A DNA stretch of 64,000 nucleotides from Gammaproteobacteria bacterium (GCA_021648485.1 JAKISS010000004.1:5487-69486); one strand, 5' to 3'; positions 9,721 through 20,485 are shown, counted from the stretch's first letter. Made by a program: numbers and translations. Notes: a model not told the origin generated them from the sequence alone.

Positions 9721-11337
9721 TTGACCGAAATCCTCGCCATTGCTGCTGCTTTTTTGCTCGGACTGGGGGCCAGACAGGCGGGCCTGCCGCCTATGGTGGG
9801 TTATCTCGTCACTGGTTTTTTGCTGTTTGCGCTGGGCATGCGCAGCACGCCCGGCCTTGATCTGTTTGCGCAGCTAGGTATTACCCTGCTGCTTTTTATC
9901 ATCGGCCTCAAACTGCGCCTGCGCAATTTGCTGATGCCGCAGGTCTGGGCTGTGGCTTCGCTGCACATGGTCGCTATTGTGCTGTTCGCTTCCATCGGGT
10001 TTTATGCCCTGGGCCTTGCCGGGCTGATATTTTTCAGCCAGCTCGAATTCACCAGCATTCTGCTGGCCACTTTCGCCCTGAGTTTTTCCAGTACGGTCTT
10101 TGCGGTCAAGGTACTGGAAGACTCTGGTGACATATCTGCCTTATATGGTCGTATCGCCATTGGCGTGCTGATTGTGCAGGACATTATTGCTGTGGTCTTT
10201 CTTGCACTTTCCGTTGGCAAGATCCCCACACCCTGGGCTCTGCTGCTGTTAGGACTGATCCCGCTACGCCCTTTGCTCACGCTGGCCATGGAAAAGGCCG
10301 GTCATGGTGAGCTGCTGGTTTTGTTCGGACTCAGTCTGGCTTTGGGCGGTGCGACAGTATTTGAAATGGTGGGCATAAAGGGCGATCTCGGCGCGCTTAT
10401 TCTTGGACTGTTGCTGGCAACACATCCCAAATCGGAAGAGCTAGCTCGTCATTTGTTGAGTTTCAAAGATCTTTTTCTGGTGGGTTTTTTCCTCACCATC
10501 GGCCTTGCTGGCGGTCTCACAGCGCAGACCATAGGTATTGCCTTGCTGCTGGTACTGCTGTTGCCGCTAAAGGCCGGTCTGTTTTTCTGGCTGTTTTCAC
10601 GCTTCCGGCTACGTGCCCGCACGGCCTTTCTGGGCAGTCTCAGCCTGGCCAATTACAGTGAGTTTGGCCTCATTGTTGCTGCTATTGCGGTGTCCAGTGG
10701 CTGGCTCGGCAATGACTGGCTGGCTATCATTGCCATCGCCCTGGCCCTCTCGTTCATTTTTGCTGCACCGCTGAATACGGCTTCAAATCGCCTCTACAGC
10801 CGTTATCGTGAAAAACTGTTGCGCGCCGAAACCCGGGGCCGTATCCCTGAAGAGGCTGACATCAAACCCGGTGATACTTCAGTGATGATTCTTGGCATGG
10901 GCCGAGTGGGTAGCGGTGCCTACGAATGTATGCGTGCCCGTCTTGGCAATGTTGTGCTCGGCATTGACCAAGATGACCAGACAGCACAGGATCACCTCTC
11001 TGCCGGTCGCCGTGTTATTGCGGGCAGCGCCACTGATCCGGAATTCTGGGAGCGCATGAATCTGGATAACAACACGCTGAAATTGATTCTGCTGGCCATG
11101 CCCACTCACCACGAGAACCTCGCTGCTGTGCGGCAAATTCGTAAGCTGGACTATCCGGGCCGCATCGCGGCCATTGCCAAGTACGACGACGAAGTAGAGC
11201 GCCTGAAACAGGCTGGTGTGGATTATGCTGTTAATCTTTACGCCGAAGCAGGCAGTGGCTTTGCTGACGACGTTTGGCAGGAGACTGCGGTTTTGTTCAG
11301 CGATGTACCTGACACAGGTTCGGTCAAGGCGTCATAA
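9721..11337 (+). CDS. CPA2 cation:proton antiporter (Kef-type) with a C-terminal TrkA-N/KTN domain
   Basis: About 12 hydrophobic segments, LSFSST, LIVQD, SEFGLI and Rossmann ILGMGRVG; likely start is the TTG at 9721, since the ORF-track start at 9637 lies inside xth. Confidence 0.88.
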   Translation: MTEILAIAAAFLLGLGARQAGLPPMVGYLVTGFLLFALGMRSTPGLDLFAQLGITLLLFIIGLKLRLRNLLMPQVWAVASLHMVAIVLFASIGFYALGLAGLIFFSQLEFTSILLATFALSFSSTVFAVKVLEDSGDISALYGRIAIGVLIVQDIIAVVFLALSVGKIPTPWALLLLGLIPLRPLLTLAMEKAGHGELLVLFGLSLALGGATVFEMVGIKGDLGALILGLLLATHPKSEELARHLLSFKDLFLVGFFLTIGLAGGLTAQTIGIALLLVLLLPLKAGLFFWLFSRFRLRARTAFLGSLSLANYSEFGLIVAAIAVSSGWLGNDWLAIIAIALALSFIFAAPLNTASNRLYSRYREKLLRAETRGRIPEEADIKPGDTSVMILGMGRVGSGAYECMRARLGNVVLGIDQDDQTAQDHLSAGRRVIAGSATDPEFWERMNLDNNTLKLILLAMPTHHENLAAVRQIRKLDYPGRIAAIAKYDDEVERLKQAGVDYAVNLYAEAGSGFADDVWQETAVLFSDVPDTGSVKAS

Positions 11338-11572
11338 CCCTGCTTTCTGGTATGCTGATCATCTCTGTGAACACGCCAGTGGCTAAACAGTGGCTGCGGG
11401 TTACGGCTAAAAACCGGTATGAGAGTCAGACATTAACATCAGTGCAGTTTACCCCTCATCCCAGCGATCTCCCTTTAAGGGCATAGCCACCAGAGCTAAC
11501 CTACCTAGGAAGAAAATAGAGTTAGGGTGTTATCGATTTTTTGTTCCGCTTTACTCAATACAGAGTAAAACC

Positions 11573-11792
11573 GTAGGGTGGAACAAGCGCAGCGGTTCCA
11601 CCAACAAGCTATGTAAGGAACAACAAATCCGCCTCTATGCTCACGACGGCTGACAACAAAAACCCGATTGCCTGAAACAGGAGAAAAAAGCCCTCATGCA
11701 ACAACGACTCAGTAGTAAGCCGCGATAACTGATCGAATCTTGAATATGCCCTTTTCCCGTTTGGTGGAACCACTACGCTTGTTCCACCCTGC
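11573..11792. repeat. GTAG-family REP doublet in inverted orientation (REPIN-like)
   Basis: GTAGGGTGGAACAAGCGCAGCGGTTCCACCAA (11573-11604) and an inverted near-copy TTGGTGGAACCACTACGCTTGTTCCACCCTGC (11761-11792), each internally palindromic. Confidence 0.8.
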
Positions 11793-11887
11793 CTGGTTTA
11801 GCCTGACAGCTATGTCCTCAAGGGGAAAGGGGTGAAAACAACAATACGACTTGAGGACAGGGGATTGTAATTCCCCCGTTAAAAACA

Positions 11888-13381
11888 ATGAAATACCGGG
11901 ATCTGCGCGACTTTATTACTCAACTGGAAAAACGTGGCTTGCTGAAACGCATCAGGCAGGCAGTGGACCCTAATCTGGAAATGACCGAAATCTGCGACCG
12001 CACTCTGCGCGCACGCGGCCCGGCGCTATTGTTTGAAAATGTCGTGGGCTCAGACATTCCTGTACTGGCCAATCTGTTTGGCACTCCGGAGCGTGTGGCT
12101 CTGGGTATGGGCGAGGAATCCGTGGAGGCGTTACGTGAGGTGGGTAAGCTGCTGGCTTTTCTGAAAGAACCAGAGCCGCCCAAGGGCATGAAGGATGCGT
12201 GGGACAAGCTGCCGGTGTTCAAACAGGTGTTGAACATGGCACCCAAAGTAGTGAAAAAAGCCCCTTGTCAGGATATTGTCATCGAAGGTGATGATGTCGA
12301 TTTAGGCAAGCTGCCCATCCAGACCTGCTGGCCCGGGGACGCGGGGCCATTGATTACCTGGGGACTGGTGGTCACCAAAGGCCCGGATAAAGACAGACAA
12401 AATTTAGGTATTTACCGTCAGCAGGTCATTGGCAAAAATCAGGTGATTATGCGCTGGCTGGCCCACCGTGGTGGTGCGCTGGACTTTCGCGACTGGTGTG
12501 CGGCACACCCTGGTGAGCGCTTCCCCATTGCGGTGGCTCTGGGCGCGGACCCGGCAACCATCCTCGCGGCGGTGACCCCGGTGCCGGATGCCCTCTCCGA
12601 ATACGGCTTCGCTGGCCTGCTTCGAGGCTCCAAGACTGAAGTGGTGCAATGCGGCAGCTCCGGGTTACAGGTGCCTGCCTCTGCTGAGTTTGTGCTGGAG
12701 GGTTACCTGGAAGAGGGTGTCGTCGCCGACGAGGGTCCCTTTGGTGACCACACCGGTTATTACAACGAGGTGGATAAATTCCCTGTATTTACCATTGAGC
12801 GCATCACCCATCGCCGTGAACCCATTTATCACAGTACCTATACGGGCCGCCCACCGGATGAGCCTGCCGTATTGGGCGTGGCATTGAATGAAGTTTTTGT
12901 ACCTATTTTGCAAAAACAATTCCCGGAAATCATGGATTTTTATCTGCCACCCGAGGGTTGCTCCTATCGTTGGGCCTGCGTGAGCATGAAAAAACAGTAC
13001 CCCGGCCACGCCAAGCGCGTGATGCTGGGGGTATGGTCATTTTTACGCCAATTTATGTACACCAAGTTCGTGGTGGTATGCGATGACGACGTGAATATCC
13101 GCAACTGGGAAGATGTGATCTGGGCGATGACCACACGCATGGATCCTGCGCGCGACACCACCATCATCGAAAACACACCTATCGACTATCTGGACTTTGC
13201 CTCCCCGGTGAGCGGGCTAGGTTCAAAAATGGGTTTTGATGCCACCAACAAATGGCCCGGCGAAACTAACCGCGAATGGGGGGAGCCTATTCAAATGACT
13301 GAAGAAGTGAAAGAAAAAGTCGATAACATATGGAAATCACTGGAAATTGACAATCCATCCAATGATGACAACACGCCATAA
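11888..13381 (+). CDS. ubiD: 4-hydroxy-3-polyprenylbenzoate decarboxylase
   Basis: [10 protein letters not shown] start, [21 protein letters not shown] and [14 protein letters not shown]. Confidence 0.96.
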   Translation: MKYRDLRDFITQLEKRGLLKRIRQAVDPNLEMTEICDRTLRARGPALLFENVVGSDIPVLANLFGTPERVALGMGEESVEALREVGKLLAFLKEPEPPKGMKDAWDKLPVFKQVLNMAPKVVKKAPCQDIVIEGDDVDLGKLPIQTCWPGDAGPLITWGLVVTKGPDKDRQNLGIYRQQVIGKNQVIMRWLAHRGGALDFRDWCAAHPGERFPIAVALGADPATILAAVTPVPDALSEYGFAGLLRGSKTEVVQCGSSGLQVPASAEFVLEGYLEEGVVADEGPFGDHTGYYNEVDKFPVFTIERITHRREPIYHSTYTGRPPDEPAVLGVALNEVFVPILQKQFPEIMDFYLPPEGCSYRWACVSMKKQYPGHAKRVMLGVWSFLRQFMYTKFVVVCDDDVNIRNWEDVIWAMTTRMDPARDTTIIENTPIDYLDFASPVSGLGSKMGFDATNKWPGETNREWGEPIQMTEEVKEKVDNIWKSLEIDNPSNDDNTP

Positions 13382-13528
13382 TACCCGCGACTTTTTTACT
13401 GGTCTGCCACTATAATCCTGAACTAATCTGTGGAGCCGCTCTGCTACGGCTCACCGGATTAATTTAGGATAATCGACCAGCGGCTAATGGCAGCCCGATA
13501 AATTCAGACCGATAAAAAGGAAGCGATC

Positions 13529-14173
13529 ATGCGCAGCATTATGTTATTGAACGCCAAAGGCGGTTGCGGCAAAAGCACACTGGCCAGTAATCTTGCCAGC
13601 CACTACGCTACTGAGGGCAAGGCTGTTGCTCTGGTGGACTTTGACCCGCAAAAATCCGGCCTGGAATGGTTGGCCGTTCGTTCGAAAGATGACTGGGAAA
13701 TTCTTGGTATCGATGGCACCGAACAAGGCATGCGTATTCCTCGCAACATTGATGTGGCCATTTATGACGTACCCGCAGGCATCAGTGGCAAAAACCTCAC
13801 CGCGATGGTGAAACGCGCCGACACTATCCTCATCCCGGTATTACCTTCCCCCATCGATATTCGTGCCGCATCACATTTCATCCGCGATTTATTGTTAGTC
13901 GGCAAAGTCTCGCGAAAACAGACCAAGCTGGCGGTCATCGCCAACCGTGTGCGGGAAAACACACGGGTTTATCACAAACTGGAACAATTTCTGAAGAGCC
14001 TGAAAATCCCTTTCATTGCCACCCTGCGTGACACACAAAATTACATTCACGCCGAAGAACAGGGGTTAGGCATTTTTGAACTGATGCCGTCTTTGGTGGC
14101 ACAGGATATCGAACAATGGCAGCCCCTACTCAAATGGCTGCGCAACAAACGTGTGCATGGCGCGATAAAATAA
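13529..14173 (+). CDS. ParA/MinD family ATPase (orphan, no parB)
   Basis: Deviant Walker A NAKGGCGKST, DFDPQ, YDVPAG and PVLPSPID. Confidence 0.88.
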   Translation: MRSIMLLNAKGGCGKSTLASNLASHYATEGKAVALVDFDPQKSGLEWLAVRSKDDWEILGIDGTEQGMRIPRNIDVAIYDVPAGISGKNLTAMVKRADTILIPVLPSPIDIRAASHFIRDLLLVGKVSRKQTKLAVIANRVRENTRVYHKLEQFLKSLKIPFIATLRDTQNYIHAEEQGLGIFELMPSLVAQDIEQWQPLLKWLRNKRVHGAIK

Positions 14174-14499
14174 CGGGTTTTTGTAAGGCGTTCGGAATTC
14201 TGTCTCACCCGAATCGACGGCCAGCGCGTATTTGTCACAAGTGTCTCATACTGTCTGATTGATAATGTCGAAATAAGCGTAGTTTTATCGCATGCGTTAC
14301 AACAACGCTACTGTATAAACTATGGAGAGCCATTGGTTCCCCGTTTATTTTCTCCTTTTCGTTTATATCTGATTCTGTCAAAAAAGCTGCCTCTACCTCT
14401 AGCAGACGCACCCTCACTACAATTATTTTGTACGTTCTCAATTAAATGAGACCTGGCCCCCTCAACATGAATCTACGACCAAAGAATTTCAAAGCACCA

Positions 14500-16059
14500 C
14501 TATTCCTCACACATCACTTTAGTTACATCTATTTTTATTTTTCCCTTTATTTCCTCAATTATTTTTAACGCAATATCTTCAATCTGTTTCAGTTGATCCC
14601 CACTCATGTGCCCTAGAACAATTTTACGTTTTCTTTTTGAGACACACCCACCACCTTGTAGGATAATAGAGACGATAGTGTCTAATTTGTTATTTGGTAT
14701 ATCACAATATTCATTAAGAGCCTTTTTTACTGCATCAAAAGCTAACAGCAAACATATTTCCCCCAACAAATCGGTTGCTATGGCCGTGTTCATCATGTCA
14801 TAAGTAAATATGACATGCGCGGTATAGTCTGGATACCGATACATATAGTTAATATCGTTATGTATTATGACTTTATTGTCATTATCGTGACTTAGTTCCC
14901 ATTCTAGCATTGCCATAATCGGACGTGATATCGACTCCAAGACGGAGTCATATTTTGGTTGATTCTTAAGAATAGCGGCGGAAATCGGGATAATAAATTT
15001 GTGTTGTGGTTCGCGCTGCTTCATTACATCATGAATTAGATATCTGTGAGTTCTACCATTGCCATCATTAAGAGGGTGTATATAGACTAAACCGAATGAA
15101 ATTAAAGTTGCATGCATCAGTGGCGGCAACCCCCCGTCCACCATTAACCTATCATGCATATCGAGCAATCCTTGCATCATACTTGGAACAAGTTTCGCTA
15201 ATGGCCCAATATAATGAACATCCTCATCAGCACCTCCAAGCCGTCGAATTGTAGTACCTACATATATTTCTTCTTTACGGTAATCATCAGTTCTTTTTGT
15301 TTCTTCAACTATTTGCTTTTGAATATCTATTAATTTTTCTTTTGATAATTCAAATAATCCTGCATTTTTGATGGCTTTTAAAAAGCGCGCCATTTTTTTA
15401 TTACTCGGGGCTTCCCTTTCAATCTCAGTAGATGATTTTGTCTCTTTTGTGTACAAATAATTTATACTCCTTCCGATCACATCGGCTGGGAGGTTTTTTC
15501 CTAAATCTTGCATCTGTTCGTATGCTGTCTCATACACATCCACTTTTTCAAGCTTGCATATCTCTGGTATTTTTCTAATGGTTGGACAAAATTCTTTCGT
15601 GCCAAGGGCATTGTTGATAACCCTGGTACGCTTATCTCTGTCTCCCACCTTCAGCGTGTAATAATACTTTTCATCAAATAACTTTATATAATTCCCAGAA
15701 GATAGGCTTTCTATTTGAAGCATCTCGCCTTTAATCCACTCATACAAATACCAAATCACCCGGTTATAAGCCGAGTGCGGTTTGCTTTTAATAAAGTCTG
15801 TAAGTTCTGCTACATTAATTTGCTGGAAAATCGCCGCAAAAAAGTGCAACCGAATTCCTTGGTATTTAATTGCAATAACCATATTATCGTATGGTGTATC
15901 TATGATTTTTCTAGTGCCAGGAATTATTCTTCGTTTCGATGCCCCATAATTTATGGTGCTTTCCACTTCAGCTTTTGGGTCTTGATAGACTTCGACTCCC
16001 AGTTTTGGGAGCAGCAAGTTGTAGTATTTGTTTAGATAGCTATATCCTATTGCTTTCAT
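14500..16059 (-). CDS. Fic-domain protein with a long N-terminal extension
   Basis: Fic motif HPLNDGNGRTHR; YLYTKETKSSTEIERE segment; AT-rich coding sequence; start is ATG 16059 (MKAIG) or GTG 16077. Confidence 0.88.
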   Translation of the reverse strand: MKAIGYSYLNKYYNLLLPKLGVEVYQDPKAEVESTINYGASKRRIIPGTRKIIDTPYDNMVIAIKYQGIRLHFFAAIFQQINVAELTDFIKSKPHSAYNRVIWYLYEWIKGEMLQIESLSSGNYIKLFDEKYYYTLKVGDRDKRTRVINNALGTKEFCPTIRKIPEICKLEKVDVYETAYEQMQDLGKNLPADVIGRSINYLYTKETKSSTEIEREAPSNKKMARFLKAIKNAGLFELSKEKLIDIQKQIVEETKRTDDYRKEEIYVGTTIRRLGGADEDVHYIGPLAKLVPSMMQGLLDMHDRLMVDGGLPPLMHATLISFGLVYIHPLNDGNGRTHRYLIHDVMKQREPQHKFIIPISAAILKNQPKYDSVLESISRPIMAMLEWELSHDNDNKVIIHNDINYMYRYPDYTAHVIFTYDMMNTAIATDLLGEICLLLAFDAVKKALNEYCDIPNNKLDTIVSIILQGGGCVSKRKRKIVLGHMSGDQLKQIEDIALKIIEEIKGKIKIDVTKVMCEE

Positions 16060-16120
16060 TTCAACCTTTACACGCACGTTTTATTAGTTATACTTTGGCT
16101 TAGGAATGCCTTTCTCATAG

Positions 16121-16200
16121 TTTTACTCCAGAAACACTTACAAATCCAGAAAAACACTTAGACTTCCCGGAAAATAATTAGACTTTCAGGAGAATACTTA
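16121..16200. repeat. Four degenerate 20-bp tandem direct repeats upstream of the Fic gene
   Basis: ttttactccagaaacactta / caaatccagaaaaacactta / gacttcccggaaaataatta / gactttcaggagaatactta, with an exact 20-bp period. Confidence 0.75.
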
Positions 16201-16325
16201 GAAAGCTGACAAAAGGGCTGGGGGCTGGAATTTGATGTTCGCAATACGTTAGTTAGCGCATCGGCCTTTTCGGAATTATTCTTTAAGTTCTCGATCAAAT
16301 ATGCGGGTCAAAGTAAAAGCATGAG

Positions 16326-16338
16326 TAACCGCTTGATT
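16326..16338 (-). promoter_or_regulatory. IHF consensus site beside the tRNA fragment
   Basis: Minus strand AATCAAGCGGTTA matches WATCAAN4TTR. Confidence 0.55.
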
Positions 16339-16342
16339 TAAT

Positions 16343-16375
16343 TGATGGCCAGAGGTGGAATCGAACCAACGACAC
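16343..16375 (-). mobile_element. Degenerate 3' end of a tRNA (tRNA-Phe-like), probable att-site remnant
   Basis: Minus strand GTGTCGTTGGTTCGATTCCACCTCTGGCCATCA gives variable loop, T-arm (GGTTCGATTCC), acceptor 3' strand and a near-CCA end; no 5' half is present. Confidence 0.65.
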
Positions 16376-16416
16376 TAAGGCCTGCAAGCGTCTCGCACCC
16401 TTCATCCTGTCTACAT

Positions 16417-16441
16417 AAAAAATCCCACTCTAGGCGGGATT
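16417..16441 (-). terminator. Rho-independent terminator downstream of tRNA-Ile
   Basis: Minus strand AATCCCGC-CTAGA-GTGGGATT followed by a T-run. Confidence 0.55.
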
Positions 16442-16444
16442 ATG

Positions 16445-16457
16445 TAACCTATTGATT
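16445..16457 (-). promoter_or_regulatory. IHF consensus site just 3' of tRNA-Ile
   Basis: Minus strand AATCAATAGGTTA matches WATCAAN4TTR, 4 nt from the CCA end. Confidence 0.55.
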
Positions 16458-16461
16458 TTAA

Positions 16462-16538
<77 letters not shown>

Positions 16539-16603
16539 AAACGTGGGCAATTCTAACATCTTGCCCGCGATCAGGAAAATTGCGGGGCTGAAAAGGTCGC
16601 TGA

Positions 16604-18463
16604 CTAAGACCCCGACGAAGACTGTTCGGTTTTTTCTGCGTCAATAAAACTGCGCAGGTTGTCCGAACGGCTGGGATGGCGCAGCTTGCGTAGAGCCTTG
16701 GCTTCGATTTGACGAATACGTTCACGCGTCACATCAAACTGTTTGCCGACTTCTTCCAGCGTATGATCGGTGTTCATATCAATACCAAAACGCATGCGCA
16801 ACACTTTAGCTTCACGGGCAGTAAGGCCATCCAGCACATCCAGCGTGGCTTCACGTAAACCCTCGAAGGTAGCCGAATTCACTGGTGACAGCAGGTTGGC
16901 ATCTTCAATAAAGTCACCCAGACGTGAATCCTCATCATCACCAATGGGGGTTTCCATGGAAATAGGTTCTTTGGCAATCTTCAGCACTTTGCGTACTTTG
17001 TCTTCCGGCATTTCCATGCGTTCTGACAATTCTTCCGGCGTAGGTTCACGTCCCATTTCCTGCAACATTTGTCGAGCAATGCGATTGAGTTTGTTGATGG
17101 TCTCGATCATATGCACGGGAATACGAATGGTGCGCGCCTGATCCGCAATCGAACGGGTGATAGCCTGACGAATCCACCAGGTCGCATAAGTCGAAAACTT
17201 ATAACCACGACGGTATTCAAACTTGTCCACGGCTTTCATCAAACCAATGTTACCTTCCTGGATCAGGTCGAGAAACTGCAAACCACGATTGGTGTATTTT
17301 TTGGCGATGGAAATCACCAGACGCAGGTTGGCTTCCACCATTTCCTTTTTGGCGCGCCTGGCCTTGGCTTCACCAATGGACATCTTGCGATTAATTTCTT
17401 TGATCTCGGCAATGGAGATACCCGCTTCTTCCTGCAAAGCCACCAATTTGTTTTGAGCACGACGAATTTCATCCGCATAATCCGCAAGCACCGCAGAATA
17501 ACTTTCTTTGGCATCAATCTGTCGTTGCAACCAGCCCAGGTCAGTTTCATTATCAGGAAAAGAGGTGATGAAATCCTTGCGCGGCATACGAGCTTTACCG
17601 ACACAAATATCCATGATCACTCGTTCGTGGACGCGCACACTGTTCACGATTTCACGCACATTGGACACCAGCATTTCTGATACTTTGGCTACCAGCTTGA
17701 TTTCCGCCAGTTCACTGACCATCTGGGTATACATTTTTGTACACCGTTCATCTGCACGACCATATTTTTCTGCAGCCTTATTGTGGCGCGTAAACAATTT
17801 TTTGATGGAGGCAAAACGCTCTTTGACCTCTTCAGGGTCGGGGCCAGTGTCTACAGCCTCTTCCTCATCATCAGACTTGCCATCCTCAGATGTCTTGTCA
17901 TTTTTATTTGCCGCTGGCGCGGGAGCAGGCGCAGGGATCTCATCGTCTTCCGACACAAAACCGGAAAGCAAATCGGTAAGCCGGGTTTCACCCGCTTCCA
18001 CTTTTTCAGAAATGTCCAATACTGTGCGAATAGTACCGGGATAATGTGACAGAGCATTCATCACCTGATTAATGCCATCTTCAATGCGCTTGGCGATGAC
18101 AATCTCACCCTCGCGGGTCAACAGCTCCACCGTGCCCATTTCACGCATGTACATGCGTACGGGGTCAGTGGTACGACCAAAATCGCTGTCAATTTTAGCC
18201 AGTGCGGCAGCAGCCTCCTCGGCAGCATCTTCATCAGTAGACACGCCATCTTCAGACAGCACGATACTGTCTTTGTCTGGAGCCACTTCATGCACAACGA
18301 TACCCATATCGTTGATCATGCGGACGATGTCTTCAATCTGATCCGTTTCGACAATACCGCTGGGCAGGTGATCATTGACTTCCCGATATGTCAGGTAGCC
18401 CTGTTCCTTACCCTTCGCGATCAACAGTTTTAATTGCGATTGTTGCTCTGCATTCATAGACAT
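16604..18463 (-). CDS. rpoD: RNA polymerase sigma factor 70
   Basis: Region 1.1, [46 protein letters not shown] and region 4 [20 protein letters not shown]. Confidence 0.99.
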   Translation of the reverse strand: MSMNAEQQSQLKLLIAKGKEQGYLTYREVNDHLPSGIVETDQIEDIVRMINDMGIVVHEVAPDKDSIVLSEDGVSTDEDAAEEAAAALAKIDSDFGRTTDPVRMYMREMGTVELLTREGEIVIAKRIEDGINQVMNALSHYPGTIRTVLDISEKVEAGETRLTDLLSGFVSEDDEIPAPAPAPAANKNDKTSEDGKSDDEEEAVDTGPDPEEVKERFASIKKLFTRHNKAAEKYGRADERCTKMYTQMVSELAEIKLVAKVSEMLVSNVREIVNSVRVHERVIMDICVGKARMPRKDFITSFPDNETDLGWLQRQIDAKESYSAVLADYADEIRRAQNKLVALQEEAGISIAEIKEINRKMSIGEAKARRAKKEMVEANLRLVISIAKKYTNRGLQFLDLIQEGNIGLMKAVDKFEYRRGYKFSTYATWWIRQAITRSIADQARTIRIPVHMIETINKLNRIARQMLQEMGREPTPEELSERMEMPEDKVRKVLKIAKEPISMETPIGDDEDSRLGDFIEDANLLSPVNSATFEGLREATLDVLDGLTAREAKVLRMRFGIDMNTDHTLEEVGKQFDVTRERIRQIEAKALRKLRHPSRSDNLRSFIDAEKTEQSSSGS

Positions 18464-18577
18464 GTAATTGACCAGCCCTCAACACCGACCCAAAATAGCC
18501 GACCATTATAACCGACTTTTCCAAACTTTGGCGACCAGTTTCGACCGCATGGTGGTAGTGTATATTAAACGTACAAT

Positions 18578-20335
18578 TTATTGCTGACGACCTCTGGAGC
18601 TTAGCGCAAAATATTCGCTTTTTTCGGCATCGCTGGCCGAACCCAGCTGTACCTTCGATTCCAGATATTCCCAGCGCTGCTCATCCCGCAACATAACCAG
18701 CTTTTCGACCGCTGCAATAAACTCTACTTCCAACCCATCTTCTGACAGCATCAACGGTTGCCCTGCCAACCGGGCAAGATGTCCGGCCTCTTCACTCCGC
18801 CCTTGGGCGCGCCAATGTTCGACAATGGCACCGCAACTAAGTTGTGGGCTCTGTTGCAACAATTCAACCAGTCCCTGCAATAAAGGCAGGCCAGGCTGTT
18901 CCAGTCCTTGCAGTATTGACCAGTCATCAATGCATGCGATCAACGCTGGCCGGTGCAATAACAGCTGAATGACTGTGCGCATGAGAGATGGCGCGCCTTT
19001 AACAGGCGTTGCTCGAAACGAAGCCCGTGATGAAGAACGCCTTGTGGTCATCAACCCTCCAAGGGCTGAAACATCAACTTTGGCGATTTCCGCTAAACGT
19101 GCAGCCATCATGTGCCGAAATACACCTTTTGGCAGCTTTTCCAGCAATGGTCTCGCCTGCTCCACCAACCGGGCCCGACCATCGATACTCGCCATATCAA
19201 CGGCGGCACTAAGCTCGCCAAAAAAATAGTCGGAAAATGAGGTGGCGTCTGTGACCCGCGCCTCGAATCCATCCTTGCCCTCTTTACGCACCAATGTGTC
19301 CGGATCTTCACCATCGGGCAGAAACATAAACAGAATCTGTCGTCCTTCACTCAATATCGGCAACGCATTTTCCAGCGCGCGCCACGCCGCCTGTCGTCCG
19401 GCGCGGTCACCGTCAAAACAAAATACGATCTGCGACACCACCCGGAACAAACGTTCCAGATGGTCATGCGTGGTGGCCGTGCCTAGGGTAGCCACTGCAT
19501 TGCGCACACCGAATTGCGCCAATGCCACCACATCCATGTAACCTTCCACCACCAGTAATCGTTCAAGTTTGCGCTCCGCCTTGCGAGCCTGAAACAAGCC
19601 ATAAAGCTCGCGACCTTTATGAAAAATCGCCGTTTCTGCGGAGTTAAGATACTTGGGGCCGTCATCACCACCCAACTGTCGCCCACCAAAAGCTATCACC
19701 CGACCACGACGATCACGGATTGGAAACATAATGCGTTCACGGAACCGGTCGTAATAACCACCACTGTCTTTTTTCACGATCAGCCCGGCCTGTACCAGCT
19801 GTGTTTCGCTTACACCCTGGGCGAGCAAACAAACACCAAGATTATTCCAGCCCGGCGGCGCAAAGCCCAGCTCAAACGCAGCAGCCACTTCACCGGTGAG
19901 GCCGCGGCCTTTGAGATATTCCGTGGCACGCGTCGCTTGCTCATGTTGTTTCAGCTGCTGACGATAAAATTGCGCGGCCTTTTCCATTACCGCATAAAGA
20001 TCATGATGGCTTTGCCCGCTGAAAACCTGACCCGCTTCGCGCGGCACTTCCATGCCAGCCCCAGAGGCCAATTCCTCCACAGCCTCCACAAAATCCAGAT
20101 GCTCGTATTCCATGAGAAAACCCAGCGCCGAGCCATGCGCACCACAACCGAAGCAGTAATAAAACTGTTTATCGGGACTAACGGTAAACGAGGGGGTTTT
20201 TTCGTTATGGAAGGGACAACAGGCCTGATATTCACGACCCGTCTTTTTCAGCTGCACACGACTGTCGATAACATCAACAATATCCACGCGCACTAGCAGC
20301 TCGTCAATAAAAGAAGTGGGGATACGGCCAGACAT
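18578..20335 (-). CDS. dnaG: DNA primase
   Basis: Zn finger CPFHNEKTPSF...CFGC, KYLNS, TOPRIM VEGYMDV and FDGDRAG. Confidence 0.98.
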   Translation of the reverse strand: MSGRIPTSFIDELLVRVDIVDVIDSRVQLKKTGREYQACCPFHNEKTPSFTVSPDKQFYYCFGCGAHGSALGFLMEYEHLDFVEAVEELASGAGMEVPREAGQVFSGQSHHDLYAVMEKAAQFYRQQLKQHEQATRATEYLKGRGLTGEVAAAFELGFAPPGWNNLGVCLLAQGVSETQLVQAGLIVKKDSGGYYDRFRERIMFPIRDRRGRVIAFGGRQLGGDDGPKYLNSAETAIFHKGRELYGLFQARKAERKLERLLVVEGYMDVVALAQFGVRNAVATLGTATTHDHLERLFRVVSQIVFCFDGDRAGRQAAWRALENALPILSEGRQILFMFLPDGEDPDTLVRKEGKDGFEARVTDATSFSDYFFGELSAAVDMASIDGRARLVEQARPLLEKLPKGVFRHMMAARLAEIAKVDVSALGGLMTTRRSSSRASFRATPVKGAPSLMRTVIQLLLHRPALIACIDDWSILQGLEQPGLPLLQGLVELLQQSPQLSCGAIVEHWRAQGRSEEAGHLARLAGQPLMLSEDGLEVEFIAAVEKLVMLRDEQRWEYLESKVQLGSASDAEKSEYFALSSRGRQQ

Positions 20336-20485
20336 GAGAGGATTCTATAACGCCCGGGCTTTCGGGACAGCATGGTAAACCCGAAAAATTCGTGTGAACA
20401 AATAGAAGTGACCAGGAGCGAGCATCCAGGGTCCGGCTTTTCCTGACAATCAGGCCTTTATTCCCCGAGCACGACTCTCTTTGTA

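Noticed and set aside
14443-14462. aaatgagacctggcccc as a transposon end or REP half marking the islet boundary
   Set aside because: No partner inverted copy was found, so it cannot be supported from this window
16121-16200. 20-bp repeats as a CRISPR array
   Set aside because: The repeats are contiguous with no spacers, are degenerate, and no cas genes are present
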